From the IMG/VR virus record IMGVR_UViG_3300009488_000003: DNA of 51,836 nucleotides. The stretch is one strand, 5' to 3'. Below, one piece after another: positions 14,563 through 24,605 of the stretch. A model generated the notes under the pieces. It was not told the origin of the DNA, did no database searches, and worked only from the letters and a program-made list of their open reading frames with translations. Each line of letters begins with the position of its first letter. Positions within the stretch are counted from its first letter, which is position 1. The translations under genes were made by a program, and so were the position numbers. The DNA comes from a virus.

Positions 14563-15546
14563 ATGGAGTACCAGTTCGGCGACCTAGTCGAGCACATCGC
14601 GAACAAGCTGGGCGAGGGCTGGACGGCATACGCCGATCTAGCCACCGCCCAGCAGACGCGCGTAGGCTCCGTCATCAACTCGGGCTACAACCAGTTCCTT
14701 CGGCCACCGATACTGCCGGGTGAGCGCAAGCACCACGAATGGGGCTTCCTGCGTCCGATCCACACGCTGACGGCGTGGGCGAGCACCGAAAGCACGCTCG
14801 ATGGCGCTCCAACCAGTGACGATGGCGGCACGACCAGCATCGTGACGGTCGATGACGCTATGTTCTACGACAACATGACGGATTCGGCTGAGAGCCTGAC
14901 GATCGGGGACAACACGTACCCGATTGCCAGCGTTACCAGCACGACCGTCTGTGTCGTGACTGGGGATGCGCAAGCCGAGACCGATGAAACCGAGTGCAGC
15001 GTCACGGCTGACGGCGACTACCGCCTGCCGGCCGACTACGGCGCTATCGCAGGTCCGCTCACGTTTGCCGTCAGCAGCGGCTACTCGCCGATCAAGATCG
15101 TCAGCGAGACAGCAATTCGGCGGGTGCGGCGCCACAACAGCGGAACCGGCACCCCAGTCATGGCGGGTATTCGGGCACTGGCGATTGACCAGACGGCGTT
15201 GCAAGAGTTCGATCTCCTGCTCTACCCGATTCCGAATACGGCCTACGAACTGACCTACCGCTACCACGTCCGGTTGAGCGAGATCGACGATACAAACTGT
15301 CGGCTCCCCGGGGCCGCGGATCATAGCGAGATCATTTTGCAAGCGTGCCTGGCCGCGGCCGAGCAGCGGATGTTCGATCAGCGTGGCGACGAGTATGCCA
15401 ACTTCCTGCAAATGCTTCCGGCGGCGATTTCATTTGACCGCATGGCCCACAGTGCCGAGCACTTCGGCACGCCGGGCGATGCGGCGCACTACGGGATTCT
15501 CCACGCGACGGATGAATTCGTGACGGTCGGGGGCACGTTGAGATAG
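14563..15546 (+). CDS. virion structural protein (possible head-tail adaptor)
   Basis: 327 aa with GAGG before the ATG. The call rests on gene order only. Confidence 0.35.
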   Translation: MEYQFGDLVEHIANKLGEGWTAYADLATAQQTRVGSVINSGYNQFLRPPILPGERKHHEWGFLRPIHTLTAWASTESTLDGAPTSDDGGTTSIVTVDDAMFYDNMTDSAESLTIGDNTYPIASVTSTTVCVVTGDAQAETDETECSVTADGDYRLPADYGAIAGPLTFAVSSGYSPIKIVSETAIRRVRRHNSGTGTPVMAGIRALAIDQTALQEFDLLLYPIPNTAYELTYRYHVRLSEIDDTNCRLPGAADHSEIILQACLAAAEQRMFDQRGDEYANFLQMLPAAISFDRMAHSAEHFGTPGDAAHYGILHATDEFVTVGGTLR

Positions 15547-15555
15547 GAGCCAACG

Positions 15556-15891
15556 ATGGCGGATGCAGACTGGAGCGACACGGACCTGAACAGCCACCTG
15601 GTCACGACGACGGCCGAGACGCTGACGCTTGACCCTGACAAGGCGTATTCCATCGCGCACACGGGCATGGACGACAGCGGAGCTGATTCGATCCTGACGG
15701 TCTTTATGGCGGTGGATTCTGACCCGGCTGCCGTGGACTATTCGGTCGCGACCAACCTGTTCTTCCTGACGGACGGCATGACGGTCGTGGTCGGCCCGGG
15801 CGTGAGCGCGCTGCACGTAGATCGTGCGACGGGCAGTACGGACGTGGTCATTACGTCGGTTGCCGGACCGCCCCATTTTGGCAACGTGTAA
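15556..15891 (+). CDS. hypothetical virion protein (111 aa)
   Basis: AGGAG lies before the ATG. Confidence 0.5.
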   Translation: MADADWSDTDLNSHLVTTTAETLTLDPDKAYSIAHTGMDDSGADSILTVFMAVDSDPAAVDYSVATNLFFLTDGMTVVVGPGVSALHVDRATGSTDVVITSVAGPPHFGNV

Positions 15892-15895
15892 GAAC

Positions 15896-17266
15896 ATGAT
15901 TATGCGTATTCTGATGAACGATCATCCGCGCGTGCTACAGGGCCACGGCCTGCGCCGTCGCATCAGCCGTGTCGGCTGGAAACCCCAGATCGGCCCGGAG
16001 GTGTTCGGCCTGGAGGGTCTTTACAAGGGAATCGACGATTGGGACCCGACCAGCAGCCGAGGTGGATACACAGCGCCGACGGTTGAATCGGTTGACGCCG
16101 ACGGCACGTACTGGAACGCAGCCGGTGTAATCGTCGGTGCAACTGCCAACACGGGTCGAAGCGGCGGGTTTTCCTACGGTACTCGCGGCCTTGGGGCCGT
16201 GCTGGAAAGCCAGCGGACGAACCTGGTGTATCCGTCGGCCGCACTCGATAGTTGGACAACCGGGGCGTGCAGCGTGACGGCCGATCAGTCAGCGGCACCG
16301 GACGGCAATATGGCGGGCGATCTCCTGACGGAAAGCGGCCTAACAGTCGGTTACGTCAAGAAACAGACGGATAGTCTGACGAACAACCTGGTCTACGCCG
16401 TGTCGGCTTGGGTCAAGAAAGGAACGCACACCAGCTTCTCTGTCGGCCTGTATGACTCCTCGGCCTCGGCTTATCGTGGCCGGGTCGATTTCGTGTGGAC
16501 CGCCGGAGTTTTGTCCGTCCAGGCCGAGGACGTTGGCACGGGCTACGTTGAGGTCGGGACGGGTGGCTGGTATCGGGCCGTGGTGCTTGTGCCAATCAAC
16601 ACCGTCGTCGGTGCTAATAACAACGAAGTTCGGTTGTTCGCGTCCGAGCATGACATGTCCGGCGGCCCCTACACTGCGACTTTCTGGGGTGCTCAGATCG
16701 AGGCCGGCACCTATGCCACGACCTACATTCCCACGACTGACGCAGCGGTCCAGCGCGATGCGGACGGCTGGGAAGTCAACGTCGGCGATATGAGTATCGG
16801 CGCCCACACGATCTACGCGACCATCGTGCCGAACTGGAATGGAGCCGATAAAGATGACGATCACTACGTTTTCGACAGTCGAACCGGCACCGATCCAGGC
16901 TGCTGTATCTATCACGACGGAAGTTCGAACGTCTTACTCGCTGGGACCTTGCCCGCCGCTGGGGCAGCAGGACTCGGAACCAGCACTACGGCGGTCGTGC
17001 GCGGGAGCGCCTACGTGGTCGCGCTCGCGTTCGACACAAACGACTTGATCTTCCGCGTCCGGGACGTGGGAGCTGAAACCGATGATGACGCGACCGACAG
17101 CACTGTGGCGCTGCCCAGCAGTCATCAAGCGATAGCGATTGGACGGGACAAAGCAGACGCCAACCAGTGGGACGGCGTCATTCGGGACGTTCTGATTTAC
17201 CAGTGGCGCCACAGCGCTGCACAGCTAGCAAGGAATATCGCCTGGCTCGCGGCGCGGGCCGCGTAG
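15896..17266 (+). CDS. virion protein with a C-terminal LamG/concanavalin-like domain
   Basis: The C-terminus WDGVIRDVLIYQWRHSAAQL matches the LamG_3-type ending. The start codon is uncertain. Confidence 0.45.
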   Translation: MIMRILMNDHPRVLQGHGLRRRISRVGWKPQIGPEVFGLEGLYKGIDDWDPTSSRGGYTAPTVESVDADGTYWNAAGVIVGATANTGRSGGFSYGTRGLGAVLESQRTNLVYPSAALDSWTTGACSVTADQSAAPDGNMAGDLLTESGLTVGYVKKQTDSLTNNLVYAVSAWVKKGTHTSFSVGLYDSSASAYRGRVDFVWTAGVLSVQAEDVGTGYVEVGTGGWYRAVVLVPINTVVGANNNEVRLFASEHDMSGGPYTATFWGAQIEAGTYATTYIPTTDAAVQRDADGWEVNVGDMSIGAHTIYATIVPNWNGADKDDDHYVFDSRTGTDPGCCIYHDGSSNVLLAGTLPAAGAAGLGTSTTAVVRGSAYVVALAFDTNDLIFRVRDVGAETDDDATDSTVALPSSHQAIAIGRDKADANQWDGVIRDVLIYQWRHSAAQLARNIAWLAARAA

Positions 17267-17284
17267 GCGCGTAAGGAGACCGAA

Positions 17285-20200
17285 ATGTCAAGACATCAAA
17301 CACAGGATCATATGCAGAGCGCCCATATGTACCTGCCGATTCAGGCGTTCTACTCAGAGGACGTGGACGGCCACCTGTTCGCGGCTGCCGAGTCACTGCC
17401 GACCGATGCCGGCTACGCCAAGTCGTGTGTACTTCATCTGGTAGCCGACGACGGCGTGGACCAAGCCGGCATCTATGTGAATGTTGGCACGGCCACGACT
17501 CCCATTTGGAGTTTCATCGACCCCAGTGGAGCCGCAGGCCAGACGGGCTATTCGGCTGGCGGCGTTACCAAGGGTGATCTGGTCTACATCTCAGGCTGGA
17601 ACACGGCCAATGATATTCCGGCTATCACGAAGGCAGACGCCAGCGACTTCGCCAAGTTTGCGACGCACGTTGCGTGTGAGACCATTGCAGCTCTCGGCAC
17701 AGGGCGAATCGACGATTCGGTGCTGCTGACCGCCCTTGACACCAGCAGCTACAGCGTCGGCGACACCCTCTATGCTGGCAACGCGGCTGGGAGCGTGACC
17801 GCTACAGGCCCGACCGGTAACAAGTTTCAGCAGCGGGTCGGCGTGGTCGTTACGGCCCATGCCACGACCGGCAGCATCTTCTTCTCCCCGACCATGTTCG
17901 CCCGAGTGACCAAGTTCGGGCCGGGCATGCTCCAGGGCGCTGACGATGTGGCTTACCCCATCGGGGGTGGGCCGGACATCAACTTGGCCTGGGACAACAG
18001 CAACGGCGTTGCCGAGTTCAAGAACCAGACGGCCGGTGGTGTCGGCTACGTCGCGATCGGCGAGTACAGCAACTCGGCGACCGGCGGCATCTCGCTGGAG
18101 CACCAAACCGCGGCCCTCAAGGTCTACGCCGACGATGACGGCAGCACGGGCATCACGGCAGCCAGCCGAGCCATCTGGGGTCGCACGCTCCTGACGGTCA
18201 ACGCGGGCGATTGCACGATGGACGGTGTTCTGGGGCAGGTGAAGATCAACGTGAACGTCACCTGTAGTGCCGATTTCAGCTCGGGTGTCCGGGGCTACCT
18301 GGAACTCAAGGGTGCCAACACGGTCTTCACCGGCGGTGCGAATGCGAACATCGGTGCCGGTGGGGCAGCCTTGCGCGGCAACATCAGCGTGGACACCAGC
18401 CTGACGATCGAGACGGGACACTACCTCTGCGGCCTGCACGTCGGCCTCAATACCGCTTCCGGCGTGACTATCACGCAGACCGGCAAGCTGGTCGGCGTTG
18501 GCGTCTTTGCGGACGATCAAGCCGGCGGCGCTACCCCGACGGACAAGTGGGGCATCGGCGTCTTTATTCACCAGGGCGTGACCGACACCGCCATTCAGAT
18601 TGGTGAGCAGTCGAACACCGCCGGTAGCGGCCACCTGGTGAACAACACCTTCAAGCGCGCCGTCGCCATCTTTTGCGACGACAACGGCGTCGGCACAGGC
18701 GGCGCGGAGTTCATCAGCACGTTCCGCGGTCGCCTGCTGGTGACCGGCACGACCTGCGTAGGCGAGCAGTACGCCGTCCACGGAACGACGAAGTACATCA
18801 GTTCCAACGCGGGTGGGTGGAGCGGCGGCATCCTCGGCACGATGGAGTGGGCCACGGCCCTGACCGTTAGTGGTGGATACCACGGTGCTATCTTTGCTCG
18901 TGTGGGCGGCGGAGCTGTTGGACCCGCGATCAGTGCCGGGGCTTACCTTGCCGGCGTGATTTCGGCGAGCAGCTTGGCCGCGGCCGCGACCGGCAGTGGC
19001 AGCACGGCTGCCTTCCTTGCCGGTGCCACGAATGTCGGCACGACGGACTGGGACTTCGGGTTGGAGATCGTGAGCGATACCTGTGCGACGGGCATCCACG
19101 TCGGAACTTGCTCAAGTGCGGCCCTGACGCTTGGTGTGGCTGGGACTGACGGTGGAGACGTGCTTGTCTACACGGATGATACTGGAAGTTATCTCCAGTA
19201 CGATACGGGTACCGGCAAGTTCTACCTGAGAGGCACAGTCAGCGACTTTCAGTTGGCAGCTTCAGGAAGCGCTTCTGGTAGCGGCGTCACGCTCAGTGCG
19301 ACGAAGACGAAAGCGATGGGTGTGTACGCTGACGATGGTGCGGCTGCTATTAGTTCTGCGACGTTCATACGGGCTGGCAGGTTTCGCACGTTGATGAGCT
19401 ACCTCGGGAATCGCGAGGACGAAGCGGCTGGCCTTGAGGGACAGTTGGTAAGCATTGGTGGCGGCACCAACCGACACAACAAGTGCGGCCTGATGGGTAC
19501 TTACGAGTATTCTGGATCAGCCAGCTTTATCATTGACGGCCAGATCGCAAGTACCGATGCCTGGATTCAAGCCGGCGTGATTGGCCGGGTTGATATGGGC
19601 ACCAGCAAAACCACTGTTAATCAGTATGGTGTGTTGGCTGGTGTGGCAGCGATGTCTATCACGCCCTCCTTCAGTACCAACAATGGCACCTACGCGGCGT
19701 TCTATGCTGGTGCTTGGGACAGCGCAACTGACTGGACCCACGGACTCTACATTGAGGGCGGCAAGTGCACGACCGGCATCGACATCGGCACCTGCACGTC
19801 GGGTATCGTGTTCACTGGCACGATGACGACCGGCATCGACTTTACGGCTGCAACGATAGCTCCGGCTTCTGCCAGGACGAACGCTGCGATCATCATCGGA
19901 GACCGCGCAGGTGCGAAGACTGTAACGATGGCTGGAGGTGCTGCCAACATGTACCTCGATCTCGTGCAGTTCAACATCCTGATTGCCGGGGCCAGCCCGG
20001 ATGCCGGCAGTACGGTCAACGGCTTCTACCAGCTCATCACACACTCTACCGCCATGGCGAACATCAGGCTGAAGTGTGCGGACTGGAACATCGCGGTATC
20101 CGCGAACATCAAGGACGCCTACATCTACCAAGGCCAAATGGACTTCAGCAGCTCTGGCGTTACGGTTGGCGGTGAAGCCGCAGTGATGGGTTTGGTGATG

Positions 20201-20557
20201 AACGCCGGTACAAGTGCTGTTAGCGGTCTGCTCCGAGGTTTGATTATCTCCATGGAAGGATTGGGCTTCCCGGCCGCTGGCATTGGACTTGAAATCAGAA
20301 GCACGGCGACAACCCTGGCGGAAGGCATCAGGATTAAAAGCACGCCGCTGATTACAGTCGGAATTGTGATGTGTGACCCGGTGAGCGACAACTGCGGTCC
20401 CACCCATGCGTTCCAGTTCCCGAGTGGAGGCGGGGTTTACGGTGCTGATATTGGTCCTGTCGTGGACACTGTCGATAGCGGCGATGGTCTAGGCTCGATC
20501 AAGATCAAGATCGGCTCGACGACCAGGTACCTGAAATACTGGGAGGATCCATCATAG
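17285..20557 (+). CDS. 1090-aa Gly/Thr/Ala-rich fibre- or spike-like virion protein
   Basis: AAGGAG lies before the ATG. The sequence has a long repetitive beta-rich composition. Confidence 0.45.
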   Translation: MSRHQTQDHMQSAHMYLPIQAFYSEDVDGHLFAAAESLPTDAGYAKSCVLHLVADDGVDQAGIYVNVGTATTPIWSFIDPSGAAGQTGYSAGGVTKGDLVYISGWNTANDIPAITKADASDFAKFATHVACETIAALGTGRIDDSVLLTALDTSSYSVGDTLYAGNAAGSVTATGPTGNKFQQRVGVVVTAHATTGSIFFSPTMFARVTKFGPGMLQGADDVAYPIGGGPDINLAWDNSNGVAEFKNQTAGGVGYVAIGEYSNSATGGISLEHQTAALKVYADDDGSTGITAASRAIWGRTLLTVNAGDCTMDGVLGQVKINVNVTCSADFSSGVRGYLELKGANTVFTGGANANIGAGGAALRGNISVDTSLTIETGHYLCGLHVGLNTASGVTITQTGKLVGVGVFADDQAGGATPTDKWGIGVFIHQGVTDTAIQIGEQSNTAGSGHLVNNTFKRAVAIFCDDNGVGTGGAEFISTFRGRLLVTGTTCVGEQYAVHGTTKYISSNAGGWSGGILGTMEWATALTVSGGYHGAIFARVGGGAVGPAISAGAYLAGVISASSLAAAATGSGSTAAFLAGATNVGTTDWDFGLEIVSDTCATGIHVGTCSSAALTLGVAGTDGGDVLVYTDDTGSYLQYDTGTGKFYLRGTVSDFQLAASGSASGSGVTLSATKTKAMGVYADDGAAAISSATFIRAGRFRTLMSYLGNREDEAAGLEGQLVSIGGGTNRHNKCGLMGTYEYSGSASFIIDGQIASTDAWIQAGVIGRVDMGTSKTTVNQYGVLAGVAAMSITPSFSTNNGTYAAFYAGAWDSATDWTHGLYIEGGKCTTGIDIGTCTSGIVFTGTMTTGIDFTAATIAPASARTNAAIIIGDRAGAKTVTMAGGAANMYLDLVQFNILIAGASPDAGSTVNGFYQLITHSTAMANIRLKCADWNIAVSANIKDAYIYQGQMDFSSSGVTVGGEAAVMGLVMNAGTSAVSGLLRGLIISMEGLGFPAAGIGLEIRSTATTLAEGIRIKSTPLITVGIVMCDPVSDNCGPTHAFQFPSGGGVYGADIGPVVDTVDSGDGLGSIKIKIGSTTRYLKYWEDPS

Positions 20558-20564
20558 GTGACTT

Positions 20565-20747
20565 ATGGAACTCACAACGACCGAAACGCCCGCCAAGGTG
20601 ACGAAACACCTTGAGCGCAACGAAGTTCTCACGGCTGGCCAGGTTCTCAAGGCCGAACTCGGACCAGACGAACTGAGTACGGCAGTCCCGGCCGGCAAGA
20701 AGTGGATTGTGCGGTTGGAGGTTCACGTTACAGAGACCGATGCGTAG
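20565..20747 (+). CDS. hypothetical protein (60 aa)
   Basis: ORF within the structural operon. Confidence 0.45.
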   Translation: MELTTTETPAKVTKHLERNEVLTAGQVLKAELGPDELSTAVPAGKKWIVRLEVHVTETDA

Positions 20748-20780
20748 TCGGCCTCAGCAACACACACAGAAAGGTGCTTT

Positions 20781-21131
20781 ATGCTACTGACCATCCCCGA
20801 GCGCTACGCAGTCAACAGTGTCCTGCCCGAAGCGGGCAACTTCGGCACGCTGAAGACCATGCGGAAGCTACGCGAGGCCCTTGAGCCCACGGAGAAAGAA
20901 GTCGCGGAGTTCGGCATCGTGGCCGAGGGAAACCAGATCCGCTGGGACCCTGAGAAGATGACCGATGCCGAGGGCAAGCTGCGTGAGGTCGAGATCGAGA
21001 TCGGCAAGAAGGCGACCACGATCATCGAGGAAGCGCTCGAAAAGCTCGACGCGACGAAGAAGCTGACGCCTCAGCAGTTCTCGATCTACGAGAAGTTCAT
21101 CGAGCCGGATGGTGAGCATACCGAGGAATAA
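20781..21131 (+). CDS. hypothetical protein (116 aa)
   Basis: Acidic ORF that abuts the next gene. Confidence 0.5.
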   Translation: MLLTIPERYAVNSVLPEAGNFGTLKTMRKLREALEPTEKEVAEFGIVAEGNQIRWDPEKMTDAEGKLREVEIEIGKKATTIIEEALEKLDATKKLTPQQFSIYEKFIEPDGEHTEE

Positions 21132-23669
21132 ATGCCGCAGCGGGCTGTTGAACTGCAATTTCCGCTCGCGGGGATCAATCGGCAGTTCGCGTATCAAAGC
21201 CAACCGCCGTACACGACCCCCGATGCACTGAATGTACGCCCGTGGGACCCCATACTCAGACGAGAGCGTGGGGGCTCGCGGGTGGGCGTGGAGCGGATGC
21301 TGCGGACCAAGTTCGGCAGCAGCTCGGGGGGCTTGCGGGCACTGGATTCGCTTCGGTATGCCCGCACGGACGGCTTCACCATCTTCTCGGATGACTTCTC
21401 TCAGGGGCTCAGCAGCAATTGGACTGCTGAGTTCGGCAGCACCTTGCCGACCGTGACAGACGGTGTTGCGGAATGCGCTGACGGCGACACCGTCACGGCC
21501 GTCCATGCGGCGATGAGTTTTACCTATAGCGGCGCGATACCCGATGCGGGCCTGACGGTCGAGGCCTTGATCCTGCCCGATGCGGGGAAGTACCAGGGGA
21601 CCTACCGGCTGTTCCTGTACCTAGACGACACCTCGCCTGCCAAGGCGACGGACTGCTTCGAGTTGGAGATTACCACGGCCAACGGCACGACACTGACCGG
21701 GCACATCCGGTGCCTGGACAGTGGTGTTGAGACCTGGAAGGAAACATTCTCTTGGACGCCGACCATCGTTGACGCGGGCTGGCTCAGACTGAGTCACCTG
21801 CCGGGTCGCTATCCGACACCCACGGACGGATACGTGCTGGCGACGTTTCGGGGCCGGACCCTCAAGCTGACTGGCGCCAAGGTTCCACCAGTGGCAAACA
21901 ATAACGGGCACCGCTGGGGATTCGAGATGGAAGCGGACCAAGGCGGGACCGGCAAGATTGAGCGGGTGCAGTTCCACTACGGGCACGAAGACGGTCACCG
22001 CTCTTATCGTCACGCTCTCGTGGGAATTGCCGATGGTCAGGTCTGGTTTGAGCACACACACCATGAGCTTGAGCAAGCTAGAAACCCGGTTGCAGATGAG
22101 ATCTTTCGGATCGACCGGACGGTCTTTCCCACAACCACGCCAGTCAGCGATCGTGTCTACATTGCTGACCACGGTGGACCGCAGGCGCGTGAAACCGATA
22201 CTGACACGGCCGTGGTGCAAGTCTATTCGCCATCCGGCAAAAACTTTACCTCGCTTCGCTGGGATCGTGGTGACGGCTGGGTCAACTGGTCAGATGACAT
22301 TTTGGGTGGCGGTGAACCAAGAGATTTCGGTGTTTTCTTGTCGAGCACTCCGAGTTGGCTTCCTAGTGGTTGCTATCGGATCGTCGGCGTCATTGCAACG
22401 GGCACCAAACTCATCCTTCACACAAACTTCGACGAGACAGATGAACACGCGATTGCTGGCTGCAAGTTTTTCCTAGCCCGGACCGCCAAAGTTGTCAACT
22501 ACCTCGATGACGAAGATCGCTTACGCCTGACGCCTTGGGGTTGCGAGAGTAACCCTGGAACAGATTATGACCCGGACGACTGGGACGATCCCGGGGCGGT
22601 CTATCCGCTCTACCTGCCGATCGGGTTCAGCATCGTCAGCAAGTACGGCAATCGCATGGTCGTAGCAGGCGATCCGCTGGCACCCTGGATTGTCTACTAC
22701 TCTCGTGTGAACGATGAGGACGACTTCGACACAGGCCAAACCGATGCCGAGGCGGCTGTTGCGATTTCCTTGCTCGCGTTCGGCAATTTGGAAGTCACCG
22801 CCGCACTTGCGTTCAGCGATGATTACCACGTCATCGGCTGCCCCACGAGCCTGTGGGTTCTGCGGGGCGACCCCGCCTACGACCCGAACTTCAACAACCT
22901 GGCCCAGAACATCGGCATTGTGGCTCCCGACGCCTGGACCTGGCTGCCGGATGGCCGCCTGATCTTCCTCTCGCACGCCGGCCTGTATGAATTGGCTCCT
23001 GGAGCTGGTCAGTATCCGCGTGCGTTGTCGCTGGACCGGCTGCCGGCCGAACTCCGCGGCATCAACAAAGAGACCGACCGGGCAGTGCTGGCCTACGATC
23101 CCATCGAGGAGGGGGTGCTCATCACGATCTCGCCGATCGACTACGCGGCCAGCACCGTTACGCACTGGTGGTACGACCCGCGGCGGGAAGCGTTCTGGCG
23201 GGACGAGCTGCCACGCGACATCGACCCTGTCTGCCCGCTCCGGGGTGCTTTTGGCAAGCTGAGCCCGCCTGGGCTACCCTACGGTGGTCGGGACGGCTAC
23301 GTGTACCACCGGGCTCAGCACCGGATTTCGGACGCAGATACAGCTATTGCGACCAACGTGCTGTATGGCCCACTGCGGCTGGGCGGCTCACCAGTGAACG
23401 ACGGCATCCTGAACCAGATTGAAGCTCGTCTGGGGACGGAGAGCGACGATCTCACCTGGGCGGTCCAGAAGGGCGTGACGGCTCAGGCGGCCGTTGCGGC
23501 TGGCGCATTTGCGACTGGGACGTTCGTTGGCGGCGAGAACTACGCGGCCCATGTACGAGCACGCGCCCACGCGGCCTGCATCAAACTCTCTACGACGGCC
23601 TCGGCCAAGTGGGCGTTGGAGAACCTGGCGATCATCGTGGCGCCGGGCGGGAGGCACCGGAAGGCATGA
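21132..23669 (+). CDS. large tail/nozzle-type structural protein (845 aa)
   Basis: Its size and position before the fibre and ejection proteins support the call. No diagnostic motif was seen. Confidence 0.4.
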   Translation: MPQRAVELQFPLAGINRQFAYQSQPPYTTPDALNVRPWDPILRRERGGSRVGVERMLRTKFGSSSGGLRALDSLRYARTDGFTIFSDDFSQGLSSNWTAEFGSTLPTVTDGVAECADGDTVTAVHAAMSFTYSGAIPDAGLTVEALILPDAGKYQGTYRLFLYLDDTSPAKATDCFELEITTANGTTLTGHIRCLDSGVETWKETFSWTPTIVDAGWLRLSHLPGRYPTPTDGYVLATFRGRTLKLTGAKVPPVANNNGHRWGFEMEADQGGTGKIERVQFHYGHEDGHRSYRHALVGIADGQVWFEHTHHELEQARNPVADEIFRIDRTVFPTTTPVSDRVYIADHGGPQARETDTDTAVVQVYSPSGKNFTSLRWDRGDGWVNWSDDILGGGEPRDFGVFLSSTPSWLPSGCYRIVGVIATGTKLILHTNFDETDEHAIAGCKFFLARTAKVVNYLDDEDRLRLTPWGCESNPGTDYDPDDWDDPGAVYPLYLPIGFSIVSKYGNRMVVAGDPLAPWIVYYSRVNDEDDFDTGQTDAEAAVAISLLAFGNLEVTAALAFSDDYHVIGCPTSLWVLRGDPAYDPNFNNLAQNIGIVAPDAWTWLPDGRLIFLSHAGLYELAPGAGQYPRALSLDRLPAELRGINKETDRAVLAYDPIEEGVLITISPIDYAASTVTHWWYDPRREAFWRDELPRDIDPVCPLRGAFGKLSPPGLPYGGRDGYVYHRAQHRISDADTAIATNVLYGPLRLGGSPVNDGILNQIEARLGTESDDLTWAVQKGVTAQAAVAAGAFATGTFVGGENYAAHVRARAHAACIKLSTTASAKWALENLAIIVAPGGRHRKA

Positions 23670-23899
23670 TTAAGTCGCGCGCACCAGGCGCCGCTGGGGC
23701 TGAGGTTCGCCAGGCGTTCCAGCAGCTTGAGAAGCGCATCCGCGATTTGGAGACCGCAATGGACGAGGTCGGCGAGTTCGTCTTCAGTAGGTTCGAGGGC
23801 AACGCAGGCTTCTGGGACTTGCTGACGCTCACGGGCGTTACGATCGGTGGCAAGGGCTCTGAAGTGAGGTATCCGACGTTGGCGGGTTTGGGGGCTTGA
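23666..23899 (+). CDS. hypothetical protein (77 aa)
   Basis: ATGA overlap with the upstream stop. Confidence 0.45.
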   Translation: MIKSRAPGAAGAEVRQAFQQLEKRIRDLETAMDEVGEFVFSRFEGNAGFWDLLTLTGVTIGGKGSEVRYPTLAGLGA

Positions 23900-23909
23900 A
23901 GGACCAGCA

Positions 23910-24605
23910 ATGACTTGGCGTTTTGACGAAAGCGATGACGACGTACAGATCGACGATCACGCGGCCCTGACGCTGCCGGACAGCGACTGGGCTATTGCGG
24001 GTTGGATAAAGCTGACGGACAGCACTGGTGCGGGGGCTCAATGCTTTTTGTCCTGGGGCGCGGCCGGTGCCGACCCGAGCCTGAGTTGGCGCTTCTACGA
24101 GGAGGATCACGCGTCATTAGCCAATAAGCTGGTCCTCCGGCTGGATGATGCTGATGGCGATATCGCCTATCGTGCTTCGGCGGGAACGCCGGGGACGAGC
24201 ACGGTCTGGATGCACCTAATACTACAGCGGTCCGGCAACACCTATACACAGTATGTCAATGGCGTAGCTGACGGTGCGGATACCGAGGTGGCTGTTGACG
24301 CCATCAATGTCGCGACCAACCTGTTCTTTGGTTCGTTCCCTAACGGGGTGGACCGACTCGGCGGCGATATGGCCGAGTGGGCCAAATGGGACCGGGCGCT
24401 GGATGCTACAGAGCGCGGCCAGCTTAAGGACGGCGTCTGCCCTATTGCCATTGCTGGTCTGGTGTGGTGGTGCCCAATGATTAGCGGGGAGTACAGCGAG
24501 ATCATTGTCCCACTCACTGTGACAAACGATGGAACTGTGGCCGCAACCCACCCGCCGATTGCCCGTAACACCATTAGGCAGCAGCGCCGACGGAGGGCCG
24601 CATAA
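23910..24605 (+). CDS. LamG/concanavalin-like domain protein
   Basis: WAIAGWIKL..WMHLILQRSGNTYTQYVNG..GGDMAEWAKWDRAL follows the LamG_3 pattern. Confidence 0.6.
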   Translation: MTWRFDESDDDVQIDDHAALTLPDSDWAIAGWIKLTDSTGAGAQCFLSWGAAGADPSLSWRFYEEDHASLANKLVLRLDDADGDIAYRASAGTPGTSTVWMHLILQRSGNTYTQYVNGVADGADTEVAVDAINVATNLFFGSFPNGVDRLGGDMAEWAKWDRALDATERGQLKDGVCPIAIAGLVWWCPMISGEYSEIIVPLTVTNDGTVAATHPPIARNTIRQQRRRRAA

